From: Amphiscolops sp. MND2022
Taxonomy: Eukaryota
DNA: 64,000 nucleotides
Direction of reading: 5' to 3'
Assembly: GCA_964187785.1 (NCBI GenBank)
Contig: OZ076409.1
Span: 42,718,001 to 42,782,000, forward strand
In this document: piece after piece, positions 1-14,000 of the stretch
How positions within the stretch are numbered: the first letter of the stretch is position 1
Layout of the letters: each line of letters starts with the position of its first letter
Made by a program: the position numbers and the translations under genes
Notes under the pieces: model-generated
Database searches by the model: none
What the model was told of the DNA's origin: nothing
The model's input: only the letters and a program-made list of their open reading frames with translations

Positions 1-49
1 AGATATGGCGCCGACTTGGGCCGTTCCCAGCTTGTCTAAATTTCCTTTG

Positions 50-1545
50 CACAAAACGTCATCATTAAATTGTCAAATTTTGGAATTTAGAAAAGTTTGA
101 TGATTTCAACTGAGGTCATTTTTACGCACTTTTTAAAATGAAACTGCAAATAGTTCTTCCAAAAGTTCTACTGGTTACTGGGTTCAGTGGTTGGTAAGTG
201 TTTACAACACTCGGAGTCAAACGTTTGCATGAAAACGTCCTTCTTAAATATTTTTCTAGGTTTGTTTTAGGAAGCGCACTGTATATTGGTTAATTTGTTT
301 GGAGCTTATTGAATAACATTTCACAAAAAGTCGGAAAAAAGAAACTTAAGTTTTTGAAGAACTTCTACAGAATGTTTGCAAAAGTCGCGTCCGATTTCAC
401 TTTGAAACGCGTACTGAAAGCTACATGTGACGATGCAGAGCCCATTGAGCTTTCATTATTGAAAATATTCGAATGTTGTCCAAACTTGAAAGGTTGTTGT
501 CAAAATCTGGAAAAAATGGATTTTTTGACTCAGGTGTTGACAAATCTCAAAAGTTTATCCTTCTTTTCTCCAAAATAGTGTATCAAATACCTAATTGTTT
601 AAGCGTTCGGGTCAAAAGCAGATCTAATCTAAAAACGTTTTGTCCTAAACGAAAAAAGCGTTTGTCCTAAAACTAGCTTCTATTGTGATTTTTCAGATTT
701 CGGGGTGTTTTTGAAGTCTATCCTAAAGAAAAACTGCAATTGTATTATTCAAAGCAACTACATCAAACCACCTTTATTCGTTGTTGAGTATTACACACTT
801 GTAACATACGAAGTTGTTCAATAATTTAACAAAAACTTGCATTAAAACCTTATAAATTTGAAACTTTGTGAGTTTTAAATAATTTTGGGCCTTTTGAGTA
901 GTTTCTACCAACAACTTCGTGTTTTTTCAAAAGCGTATTGAAAACTTAGTTTTATCGTCTGGAATTTTTTGAACGTTTCAATCAACAAATTTTTTCTAAT
1001 ATTTAGTGAAGGGTCGCTGAAAGTGTTTAAAAAAGAATTTTAGAATTTCCCGACTGTTTCAGGGTCAATTTGAGACTTTCTCCTTGATCGTTGATCTTTT
1101 TGGGATTCTAATTCACCAACATATATATTTGTCTTTGAAAACGGCATATATCTTTTCAAAAAGCCTGGACAACGGATTCAATTGTTGTTACTAATGTTTA
1201 ATTCGACAAAATCTTTAAAAATTTACGAAAATTGAGGTGAAAAAGTCGAAAATTAGAAAGTTTTTGGATTTTTTCAACTTTTTAGGGTCATTTTGTGGCC
1301 ATTTCCAATCACTTAACTGCATTCATCTCCTCAAGAACAGCGAATTTTTGACGTTTTCACCCACATTACTTATCGAAAATTTGACAAAAGCTGCATAAAG
1401 TTGTTAGAAATTCGAAAGATTTGGAATTTTTGTTTATTTGGGGGTCATTCTGGGGTTGTCTTTGGCTTTAATCAAAAAGTCCAAAAATTTAAATATTTTG
1501 ATATTTTCCTTTTCCATAGGAAATAGGGACAGGAAATGATAATGA
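50..1545 (-). repeat. Degenerate H1-like fragment
   Basis: Shares internal blocks (gtcaatttgagac, ggggtcattc) and a decayed head near 1500-1545. Confidence 0.4.
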
Positions 1546-1787
1546 AGAAAATATTTTTATTCAGAACGCTTCAAACCAAAACTCGAAAATTATTTCTTCG
1601 TCGAAAAACATCATCAAATTAATTTACTGATGAACCCACGTAAATGTTATGTAATACTTTTAAACTCCCAAATTGTCACAAATCTAAATTGAATATACAT
1701 TTATTCATAGTTATCAAGTTTCTGAAAACTACTTTTTTGGAATTGTACCGAAGAAAACAAATCCAGTTGTCTTCGTCCATTTCCCTC

Positions 1788-2050
1788 TCAAGGTGTCTTT
1801 TTCTTTGGCTTATTTCTCTTCGGAGTAGAAGGTAATTTTTGATCATTCAAAGATCCACCTTCTGATTTCTCTGGTTCCGCAAAGTCCGCGCTTGTAGCTG
1901 TAGAGATGCTGTTTGTTGGGCTGGAACCACGACTGGAATTTTTGGGACGTGTTGTTTTGGATTCCAAGAATTCGGACAAGCTGGACAACTGGCTGTCGGT
2001 AGAAATGGTCCTATCCGAAGAAGGCACCACAATTTCGTCAAAAATCAGCT
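1788..2050 (-). CDS. aGPCR terminal exon, Ser/Thr-rich cytoplasmic tail
   Basis: Acceptor ttttccag at 2051-52; phase 1 matches the upstream exon; reads LIFDEIVVPSSD...KKKTP*. Confidence 0.7.
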
Positions 2051-5000
2051 CTGGAAAAACTTCAAATCATTAGCACGTTCTGAAAAAAAATAACTTCTAC
2101 CAGTGTTGACCTCCCATGCAATTGTCTTACATGTTTTCATGTACTTTTCATGCTTGCAATGCATGACCATGAATATTCAGAAAAATTTCAAAGACCAAAA
2201 AATCGACACTCGGTAACAAATTGTGCTCAATATAGTAGAAAAACAACTCAAAAATGACAATAACCGCTTTTAGGCCCAAGTCGTCCCAAAGATTTGCCGT
2301 CTCACATCTTGAAAATCTAGACATTCCATTGGTTTACAAAAAAACAGTTTGATACCAATGTTGTTTCTGTTTAGTTTTTTTTGATAACCTAGAAACTTTT
2401 TTTCCATTTTTAGTCGGCGCTTCATGAAGTGAAACGCGACTATTATAGTGGCTTTTCTTTTTTTTCAATCCACACGAACTGACCAAAATAGTTCTTAAAA
2501 GTTCTACAAAATATTATTGCACCAAATTGCACTATTTGGTCTAGCGAACTGAACCAAAATGGTTTTTCCTGTTTTCCCGCGTACCATACCATACCCGGGG
2601 AGACCAAACGGTCCCCCGTTCCGATTTTTTTTCGGCACTGCGAGAGTTTTTTTCCGGAAATTTTTTTCCCCAAAGGGTCCTCCTTTCAATTTTTTTGCTG
2701 TTTTGCGACAGAATGGATGTTGGAAAATCCCAAAGGGCCCCCCTTTCAGTTTTTTTCGGCACTGTGAGATTTTTTTCCGAAAATAAAAATTTTTGATTTC
2801 TTCAATTTTTTCATGTTTTGCGACAGAATGGATGTTGAAAAACCTCAAAGGGTCCCCCTTTCAGTTTTTCGGCATTGTGAGACTCGGCATTGTGAGACGC
2901 CCGGCGCGCCACTCGGTCCAGTTTTTTTCGAAAAATTTTCGATTTTCGAGTACTGTAAAAAAGAATACTTGACACTTGGAAGTCTTTTTGCTATTTTTGA
3001 GCCTTGGCTATGGCGCCGACTTGGGCCGGTCCCGGCTTGTTCAATTATACGCAGAAAGAAAAGAAAATCCAAGTTAGATGGACCATGCATGGATTCAATA
3101 TGGATCATTCATGGACCATATTAATTTCATACATGAAATCATTGTGATCGAAGAAATAACGTCTAAATGCGAAAGAGGAATACGTTTAAAGCCAAGCGTG
3201 CTCATTCCTTATCTTTTTATTTTTTTCCGTCCAAATTTCAAATGAAAATGGAAAATATTTGAATCGAACGCATGCATAACAATGCATCGACAACATCGAA
3301 AAAATGCATAACAAAATTTGCAAAGCACCAAACTTATATCCAAGTTAAAGGGTATCACCCATGGAATTCAACTGACGTACAACTAGTATCACGCAGTATG
3401 TATTTGAAAGGATTTGTGTACTTTTTTGGTTGACCCCAAAGACCCCAGACTTTCACGATTTATGCAAATATTGTGAATTTTTCGATCGAACTCGTGGCCT
3501 AGATAGTTAAAAACCTTCAACAAGGAAAGAATTTGTTGGCCGAAGATGACCCTTTGATAAAATAAATTCACTCTTTCTGCAATAAAATGCCTCAAATCTA
3601 GACCCAATTCGACAAAAATTCCAAAAAGTTCAGATGTTTAAGGTTTTTATGCAATTTCTGTCTAATTTTTGAAAGACTTGGTGGCTTTGAGTCGTGCAAA
3701 TGTTGAAAAAGGAAAAAATGTTGTTGTCCGGGAGACTTTGGTGAAGAAAAAAACGCAATTCCAACTGAAAATGACACAAAGTCCAAAATTTACATGTTTT
3801 TATGCATTTTTTGTGAAATTTTTCAGAGATTTCATGAATCAGAGCTTTGAAAATGTTCAACAACGAATGAATTCCTTGTCCAATAGGGTTTTTTGAGGGA
3901 AATATAGAGTTTTGTAGGAAAATTGGCCCCAATTTTCCCACAAAATTCTTCTTTTCTCAAAAATTTTATTTTCTAACGCAATTTTTGAAATTTCAAAACG
4001 ATTTCACGGTTTAGAACTTCAAAACCGCTCAACAAAACTGTGAATTCGTTGTCCAGTAAGCTTTTGTAAGAGCTTCCCGCAGTTTCTCGATAAAAATGAG
4101 CTTTAAATTCGACCGCCAAATTGTGGAAAAGCTCAAAAATTTCCAGTTTTTGATGGTTCTTGTCATTTGAGGAGGACCTTTTAATGATTTTCTCTGAATT
4201 AGAAGGTTCAGAACAACCAAAAGGCGAACGAATTATGTATGTATTGTCATATTGTGATGAGAAAATGACAGTGTATCACATCAGAAACACTTCAAACGAC
4301 ACCAGTGAGTCGGAAAGTAGAGAAATAGACAATTTCAAACGTTTTTGTGCGAAGGCTGTGAACGCTCCCAATTCTTTCGAAAGTTAGAACAAAAGAATGG
4401 TTCAAAAACAAACGAGTTGATATCCAGTTGGCTTTTGTGGGAGGTTTTTGCTGATTTGTGTTTGAAAAAGGTATCAAGACGAACCGAAAAAATTAAAGAA
4501 AAATTACAAAGGTTTTTTCTATTTTTCACAATTGGCTTGTGAACAATTTCGTGAATTAGATGGCCCTGAAGCTTTAGATGATCAATTTTAGAAGCTATGT
4601 AGTTCTCCTTTTGAAGGAAACTTTTGTTATTTTCTAGGTAGAACTATGCCTTTGATGACTCAAAGTAGTCGAAAATCCAGAGTTTTTCCGAAAAACCAGT
4701 TTTGTTGGAAGTTTCGTAAGTTTCGTATAATAGAAGAATAGAAACAATCAACAGGAAACCAACGGAAAATAGAGTAGTATTTTGGAAAATCAATTGCACT
4801 TTCTTGTTCGAAAAGAACCTCAAATGTCCCCATAGTAACCAAAACATTGAACGTTTTCAAAATTTTTGACATTTGGAACGCAACGTTTTCAAAACTTTTA
4901 GAGATTTGGCAAAGTAGAACTTTGCATTGTTCCTTCCATAAACAATTGAAAACTTTTTCCAGGACGCTTTTTGAAGAAATAAATGCAAATTATCATAGAA

Positions 5001-8000
5001 ATATACCTCAATTTGTCCCCAAAATATCAAAAACTTTAAAAGCTTCCCCCATTTGTGTTTTTCATACAGTTTGCGTACAAATTTTTGTTCCCAAGAAGTT
5101 AAAAACAATCCAACTCGGACACTCCAAATAACAACTAGATATGCAGTATGCTATTTTGAAGAGACAGTTGCAGTGTTTTGCTTCGAAAGAACTTCAAAAA
5201 TGACCCTGATGAGTCGGAAATTAGAAAAATTGTACCAAAAATGCATGAAAACTGACAAACTGGAAAACCTTCGATTTTCTATATTTCGGGCTGAAAGTGA
5301 TGCCTGTTTTTCTGACACCTTGAATTTATTTTTCCAAAAAGTATTTCGGATAATATACTTAAATGTTAATGCAACGTTTCAAAATTCTACTTTACCAAAT
5401 CTTTCGAAAACGTTTCCTTTGCAAAGTTCTGAGTTTTGTGAAAAATTTCTACCGTTGAAATAGTGAAAACGTTCAACAAGGAACAAATGGGTTATCTACT
5501 AAACTTTTTGAAAGTCACTTGCAGTTTCGCGTATGAAAAGAGCCTCAAAAATATTCATAAAATAGTCGAATAAAATTTTGTTGACAGTTGTATGACAATT
5601 TAATGAAATTTTTAATGAAGGCTATTGAGTCTTCGTAGTATTCGGAAAATTTAAAATTTCAAATAGGCATGCAGATTGTTCAAAAAATGAAAATTTTACT
5701 TTTGTGCGTGAAAAGTTCGTCAGACCGATTTGAAAAATGTGAAAAATCCAAATTTTTCTTAATTCCCAAACAATTTTATACTTTTTTGTACACTTTTCGA
5801 GCAATTTCGAAATTCAATAACAACTGGACCCGGTATCCAATAGGCGTTTTTGACAAGACCTCTGCAGTTTCTTCGAAGAGTGCCTCTAATGACCGCAAAG
5901 TCGTCGAAAAATCAAAGGTTTCCGAATTTCGACGTTTTTGGTCAGTTTGTGCAAAATTATATGATTGGTTAGGTTTTGGTATTCACACAGGCTGACAAAA
6001 ACTCAAAAAAGTGTTCGCTGTGTTCTTGAAGTGTTTTCTTTTGAAACCGGATGACATTATCCAGAAGTGTCAAAACTTTCTTTCATCAAACTTCTAAGCG
6101 TTTCCATAGTGCAATGGCCACTCTTGAGCCTGAAAAAAATATGTCATTGCTAGAACAGTTTAGATAGAAAATATCCTGCTGGTCAGCGGGCGACTTGTAT
6201 TGATTTTTAAACGTTATTTCCGGAACCTTTTTAGATGGTTTTCATTAAACGTTATTCGCGCATCTAGCGGTTTCGAATCTTATTCCAATGGTTTTGGAGC
6301 TTGTTCCACTGTTTTCAGCTTTTATTTTTGATTTTACCACCAGTGGTTTTGGTAACTATCGTTTGTTTGTTTTATTTCTTATTGATGTTTTCCAGAGTCG
6401 ATTTTGGAAACAATTAATTTAATACATTCTTTGTTCTAAATTCTGGGCGTTTCAACATCCTCTTTGTTCTACTTTTCTGAGGATTTCCTACCCTCGCAAG
6501 CACTCTTGATTTTCGATCATTACTAATTGCGTTTCATGTTCCAGCCAAAAACTCTCAGCCTACTGGATATATTACAACTTGCTTTTTGTTTAACGACTAA
6601 AGTACTAACGGTTTGGATTCGGTACAGAACTTCGACGTCGTTTCTTTTTGCGAGGCTCTGGGATCTTCAGCTGCTTGGAATCAAAGTAAGCGTCTTGGAT
6701 TTCGCTGGAAGAGAACATAAGGAAATAGGCGGCGAAAAAACTCAGGAACGCTGTAGCGGCAGCAGACCCCAGATGCAAGTAGAAGTTCTCCTGGTTCAAC
6801 GCGTAGGCATTGAATACAAAAGTGGCTGCATTGGCTGAAAGAAGAAATTGGCTGTAAAAACAAAGAATAAAAAGCCCTCTTGCTGAGAAAATAATAATAA
6901 GCATTTGTCATGAATGCCCGATGTAAATCCGTAAACGAAGATACCTTTTCAAATCAATAACAGAACAAAATGTTCGAGTTGAATTAGAGTGATTTTACGG
7001 GGCCCTTTTTGGAAACAAGACTACAACAATGGGTGATTTTACCAAAGATGTCATTGAAAAATCCACTTTTTGTTCAGTTGTTTAATTTGGCTGTCGAAAT
7101 ATATCGACACGTACCAGAATCAAACGTTTCGAAAATATATTTCGTGCCGTTGGACTATTTTGTACTTTCACAAAATTTAAGAAACTGAACAGGAGCAAAG
7201 AACCCTTTTTCCAATTTTTCCAGCATTGTTCGATTTTTCAAAAAAATTGAAAAGGATTCGCCTTGTTTTTGGGCGACGTTTTTCGAAATAAAATGAGCCC
7301 GTCTATTACAGTAACGCGTGTTTTTTACCCATGCCACCGAATGTATCTGAATAGTCCTCATTTAAAAAAAACTTCGTTGACACCAATTGCATGGCCCGTC
7401 ACTTCACGAAAAACTTTTCAAGCAACATTTTTTGCCCAAAGAAATTTTACCATTCACTGACTTCAAATGAAACTTTTTCACATCTTTGAAGTCAGTTTTC
7501 ACATCTTTTCAACCAACAGTTACCTATTAGCATCAGCTGAGCATTTCTGGCGCTCGTTGTGATAGCCACTGCTGTGAGTTCTTCTTCCAGCATTTCTGCC
7601 AACGTGTCCGATTCCTTCCTTATTCGGAAGGTGATCATGGCGCAATTCACCAGCTGAATTCCGATTGGAGGAGACAAAACTACAACCGATTGGATACTTA
7701 GGAAGTCGGGAAAGCAGGAGTAAAAGTCTCCAACTGAGGAACGGAAAATGAGCATCATCAAAAGGACGTGAATGCCTGAAACAACAAAACAAGCTATTCT
7801 TGCGTCTGAAAAAAAATCATTTCGAAACGTGCATTGAACTAATACAAAAGGAGAAACTTTTAACACTTTTTTGACACAAAAGAGACAACTTTAAAACTAA
7901 ACTCTAGGTTCGACGAACCTGTATATTCTCTTGATTCTCAAGCTCTATTCGAATTCTGAGCGATATGCGAATAGACTTGGACGGAGCGGTATGACGGTAG

Positions 8001-11000
8001 AAAAAACCTTATTACTCAAAAGTTGGCAACAAAAGTTCACCGTTCATTCAGTTTGCAATTGTTTTCAAAAGTAGCGTACATCTCTTAATATTTCACGTTT
8101 ATCCGATGATTTTGTTGTTTTTTATGGATTCCAGCAGTAAAAACGGAAGGCCTCGATTTTTGTGTGACGTCATAACTTACTTGGCAACCCAAGAAGGTTG
8201 AAGAAGTACACGAAGTAAACTTGACGAGGCTCAACGCTCTTGATCTGCAGATCCAAAATTTGACCCAGTAAAATGTTGTTGACACTGCCCATACTGACCC
8301 CGATACCGAATATGGTAAAGATCTGCGATAGGTGACACCTGAAAAGCTACGTGAAATTATTATTATCAGTGAATGTATTGACACGAACAAAAAAAATCAT
8401 GATGGCTAATTGTGAACTTCTATCTTACCAACACGCCGTGCTTTTGAAAACGTGATAAAGATCTTTGAAAATGCTAGATCTGTAATTCAAAAGTCGATGC
8501 TGCTATGCACAAACCGAGAGCGAACTACTATCCTTGATAGATTCGTCTATAATATGGTGTAGATTGATTCGTCTATAATTATTATGATATAATAATCTTT
8601 TTTGTAATTTAAAAAACTTTCCATCAAAGACCAGCATAACCTGGTGCTGAAAAGTCACGTGGTGCAGAAAATCGCGCCATTTTTCTCAATTTTTTGTAAC
8701 AACTTCTTGTGGGTCAAGTTAAACTTTGTTCGCGTCTGGAAGAAATTAGTACGAGTGACTGTTTGTTTGTTTTTTTTACGAGACTGACCTCATTGGACTA
8801 TCTACTTCTCCCCCACCCGAGAGGTATCCGAAGAGGTAGGTGTTGAGACAGGCAAAGTAAATCATATGTGCCACTGCGCTCACACTGTCCATCTCCTCGA
8901 GATAGAAGAGGATGATAGAAAAACAAGTGGACGTCACTATAGTCGCAATCACGAAGCCCACGTATGAAACATCATGATACGAAACCTACAAAAGGAAAAG
9001 TCGGAAAGAAAAGTATTATCATAGGTTAAAACGTTCTCTCGATAACCCATTATATGACAGCTTGGAATACTTGGCAAGATTTTGACAGGATCTTGCGGGA
9101 TTTGGCATGTTATGGAGGGGATCAGGGCGGAATCATATCTGGAGGGGATCTGGAGATCGCTTAAAATTGCTCGGAAAAAGCGGTAACTTTGCTAAGATTT
9201 TTTTCCAAATTTTTTTTAGAAAAACCCTTCCACTGAATAACTTGCCCTGGGATCTTCTGGGTAACTGGATCTAGCGTTCTAGACACGAGTACATAAAAAA
9301 ATGTCCAGAAGCAAAAAAACACATCTTCAAATTAAATAAAGAAGAACAATCTTTGAACGATAACCTAAGAGTATGGAGAACCATCGGCAAATAACGCCAG
9401 AATCTCCGGTTATGTCAGCATTTTAAAGGCTTGCTTGACTGACTTGAAACTTGATTTCGACACGTGCAGTTGCGAAAACAACCGCCTTCAAAGCAGATAA
9501 AAACATAATTAAGACTGGACAACATCTAGGAGGATTCGTATCAACCGGCGGATCTTACTTAATTGAGCACTATTATGGACATGGTTTGTCATGATCATGT
9601 TCAAATGTCGAAAACTCCTTTCCTATCTATGGGAAAACTTTGATTGAACTTCTGTCAACAGTGGAAAAGTCTCAAGATCTTGCGAAAAAAAAACAGGAAC
9701 GCGGGATCTTAGCTAGATTTCTGGAATTCAATGGGACCTTGGCGGGATTCTCAAGATTCATACACCTTTATCGATGCAATCTGTTTTTTGTTGGAATCTT
9801 ACTGTTGCTTGCTGTACGAGTCAATATTATTTTTCGAAGACAAGGACTAAAATAGAAATCTATGGCAAGAAAAATTTGGAATGCAATAAAATTTTCCAAC
9901 TTGAAGTTTACCGGATCTTGCCGAGTATTCCAAGATTCTATTTCAATCTTTTGTACTTGTCAAGTATTCTATGTCAAACATTGGCAGAAACAAAACGGCC
10001 AAACTGCTTATTTTGATTATTGAATATTTTCATTCATGGCATGTTCTCTCCAAGATCAACTGAATGATTAATAAGCCCATTTATTTAAACATGTCTCTGA
10101 CTGACTGACCACTTCAACAGGGTCCTCTTTGACTTGGTCTATGTCTGCAACCACTGCAAATGTTGTTGTGTGAACGAATTTGCAAGCTGAACGAGAGGGT
10201 TCCGAGAGAGTCTCCGCAGTATTGTTCTCACTCACAAACCTACCACTCTGGACGTCCCAATAGACACACTTGAAAGTGCTAGACGTAGTGTATTGACCTG
10301 TAATAACATACATGCAATGAAAGGTCTCTCATAACCACCACAATCCTTAGGGTGTTGGAATCAATCAAAAACACACAGGTTGTTTTTACTATAGTATGCT
10401 CAAGGGCTCTGAATGATAGATTCGTACTATTTGATCGATGTTTAGCGAATACACCGGGATGAATGAAAATAAGAGCACTTGACAGCTACGCCCAGCGGTC
10501 TATTTTAGAGGAAACAAGCCGTGAAAGGCCCAGGTCAGCGCCTCGCTCAAGGTTCAAAAAGAGAGAAAGAGCTAAAAACTTTGAAAATGCTTCATCAGAG
10601 ACACTGTGAAAATGTTTATCAAATTCACAATCCGAAAACATATCCGAAGGAATACCCAAAAGACTCGAAAACCGCTTTCACCCCAACTCCAAACATCGAA
10701 AAACCAATATTTGAAAAACCAGCCAGGAACGGCTCAAGTCGGGGCTATATCTAAGCCTCAAAAATAGCAAAAGGACCTCAAAGTATCAAGTATTCTCTTC
10801 TACAGTACCCGAATGTGGAAACAATTTTTCCGAATTTTTTTCGAAATTTTTTTGAAGTCTCTGGTAAGTCGCATAGCGCCAAAAAATGTAAAAGGGGGAC
10901 CTTTTGGGATTTTTTGAACATCCATTCTGTTGCAAAAAAATAAAAAATTGAAGGGGGACCCTTTTGAGACAAAAAAATTGCGAAAAAAAGTCTCACAAAG

Positions 11001-14000
11001 CCAGAATTACATGCACAAAAAAATTTGGTCCAAGGCGAGACCCGAACCCATGTCCTTTGCAGGCATAAAAGTCTACTGAGCGTTTGGTAAACACTGACCC
11101 CGAAGACTGCAATCCTTTTTCATTTTCCGCCCATATTCCATATGAGAAAGGAAAATATTTAAATCAAACGCGTTTTTTCGGCAAAATTTGTCAAGCACCG
11201 AAATTGTATTTAACTTTAAGGTGTTACCCATAGAATTCAACTCACATAAATATAGCTTCGTGCGATTTGAATATAAAGCGATTTCCGGACCTTTTTTAGT
11301 TGACCCCAATGACCCCGAATGACCCAAAAAAGAACCTCAAAAAAAGAAAATTTGCAAAAACTTCCAATTTTCTACGTTAAAAGGAAGTTTTTATGAAAAT
11401 TTCGACAGACTTCGTGGATTGGAATGTTGAAAAGGGTCAACAAGGAAAGACTTTGTTGTCCAGTAAGATTTTCCGAAGAGTTTATTGTAGTTTTCTAAAT
11501 GAAAAGTGTCTCAAATTGACACTGAAAATGACAAAAAACCCAAAAGTTTTCAATTTTCAAAGTCTTTATGCATTTTTGTTAAAGTTTCGATAATTTCCAT
11601 GGATTGGAATGTTGAAAACGTTCATCAAGGTAAAAAAGCGTTGTCCAGTAGTCTTTTAGGAAGAGATCATTGAAGTTATCTGAATCAAGATTGTCTCAAA
11701 TTGACATAGAAAATGATTTTTTAAAAATCCAAAATTTCCAATTTTCTAAAATTTTATGCCTTTTTTGTATTTTTTGTGAAGTTTCAGGACTTCCAGTAGG
11801 CTTTGTAGGAAATATTTGCAGAATTCAATTAGATAAAGGCTCAAAATTGACCGCAAAATGTCAAAAACGTCGAAATTTTTGCCGGTTTCTGACAATTTCA
11901 GTGAATTTTTTTTCCGATAGGAGAATATCCGTAGGATAAAAGCTTCGAAAAGTTCAAGATGCAAAAACTAGGTCCACAGCATGTTCTTCAAGAAACGGAC
12001 ATACTCTGTTAAAAAAAAAAGCTTCCTCAGAATGACCCAAATAACACAAAATTTCAGAACTTTCAAACTTTTTTTTTATAAGGCAGTTTTTTGAACAATT
12101 TTTGAGCTACTTCCTGGCACAAAATGGTTCACGAAACACAACAATCACTAACCTTGGTATCCAACAGGCTATTTCAAAGATATAACTGCAATTTTGCTGG
12201 AATCGGCTTCACCCTCAAAATCCATGAAACATCATAAAAACAGGTTTTTTGACATTTTTTTCCCATTTTTGTTCAAACTGCGAAAGCTTTTGAAGAATAG
12301 GACTTCCATCGACCTGAGCGTTGAAACAATAGGTTATTCGAAACGCAATATAAGAAAAAGTGAAATGAAGTTCATCGAGTTTACAACGAGGAGTCAAAGT
12401 TTCCGAATTTTTTTAATTTTCGAGATCACAGTCTAAATTTTGTACCCTTTCCAAATTGTTACTTCAATCAGAAATACCATAGATTGGGCATTGAAACGTG
12501 TAGCTACCGGCAGTGTTTCGAAAAGATATCAGACAAATTTTGTTTGCACATTTTTCAAAAACTTTTCTCGAAAACGTAAATTTCGAACTTATTCGTACAG
12601 TATTTAATATTCAATAAGCTCCAAGCAAAATCACTAGATATGGAGTACAACTTCCAAAAGAATATGTTTTGAGCTACTTCGTCGGTTAGAAGGGTGTGAA
12701 TATTCAACAACAACTAAACTCGGTGTCCAGTAGGTTTTTTGTAGAGATATCTGAAGATTCATGTTAGAAAAGTTTCTCAAATTGAGCCCAGAGTTGTCGA
12801 AAATATTTCCAATTTTTGACACTTCTGGTGAAACAATGTGCAATAATATAACAAACCGGAACCGTTCAATTTTCTTCAACTTGCAAAGGACGTAGTTTCA
12901 AGCTTCTCCTATTTTCTCAGTGCCAAACTTTACCCCAAGAAATACACCTGAGACTTGAAAGCCCCTTTTTAATCAACAAGAATCACGAGAAAGTCCTATG
13001 ATGGTGAAACAAGTTTCAGTTCGCAAAACTACTATTCTCAAGCAAGCCGAAACCAGCTGAAAATGCACAGCGGTACTCTTCGACCAAAATAAAATTTCTG
13101 AACGACGCACAGAGCCGTAAAATAACTGACATGAAGTATTTTACAATATCAATAAGAAAACTTATCAGTTCCATATGATCAAAAGTAACAAAGAGGTCAC
13201 CTTCAAGACTCGGAAAACTTATTTCCTTTATAGAAAGCCTCAAACTAAAATTTTCGAAAAATGTTTTTCCGAAAATTGTTTTAGAAAAATGTTATCGAAA
13301 AATTTCTCTTTACTCTGTAAGTCGCATAGTGCCGAAAAAAGTGGCCTGCTTTTGCAGAAATAATAAATTAGGTGCTGCCTTGAAAAATGGGCGAAAATGA
13401 ATCAAAGCTTTCTTTTATACGGACTTCTTTGCGTTTTTATCGTTCATTGGCTGTTCTTGAGCCTCAAATTTATGTAGTTTTAGAACTGTTTGGGGCGGAA
13501 TATATATCGCTGCTCAGCGGGCGTCTTGTTTGAAATTCCAAATAAAAATTAAAATTCCATATAGAATTTATGAAAGGGGACACTTCAGGGTGACTGAAGA
13601 AAACAACTTGCCACTGAAATAGGCGGCACTTCTTTGATAGAAAGCGTCGACTGAAAAACAACAATGTTTTGCTGAAAACTTCTCTGTCAAACGTAGCATA
13701 CACTTCTGGCGAATTGAAGCGTTGAAAAACAAACATTACAATCTAATGTTTGAAAATTTCGAAAAAAGCTTACAGTACAATTTAACAATAGAAAATTCTT
13801 CCCAAAAAATCATCAAATTTGAACTAAACGATTTTTCAACTTTTCATATCAACTTTAGATGTGGGGTAAAATATTAAGCCCAAATGTGTCGAACATCTCA
13901 GGAGTATCAAGAAGAGCGAACTCAAATTGTAGGTTATGGCTTGTTCATGGAATACTATCCTTGATCATGGATTTTTGGAAAAATCATTCTGGAAAAACCA

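Noticed and set aside
300-6200. Numerous K/F/N-rich short ORFs here and in other introns
   Set aside because: Chance open frames in AT-rich repeat families.
8085-8390. ORF-track 101-aa frame as the GPCR exon
   Set aside because: Its phase is incompatible with the neighbouring exons; another frame gives TM3 and matches both junctions.
11025-11070. tRNA gene (minus-strand GGGTTCGGGTCTCGCC...GGACCA)
   Set aside because: Only a B-box/3'-half-like fragment inside an H2 repeat; no full cloverleaf.
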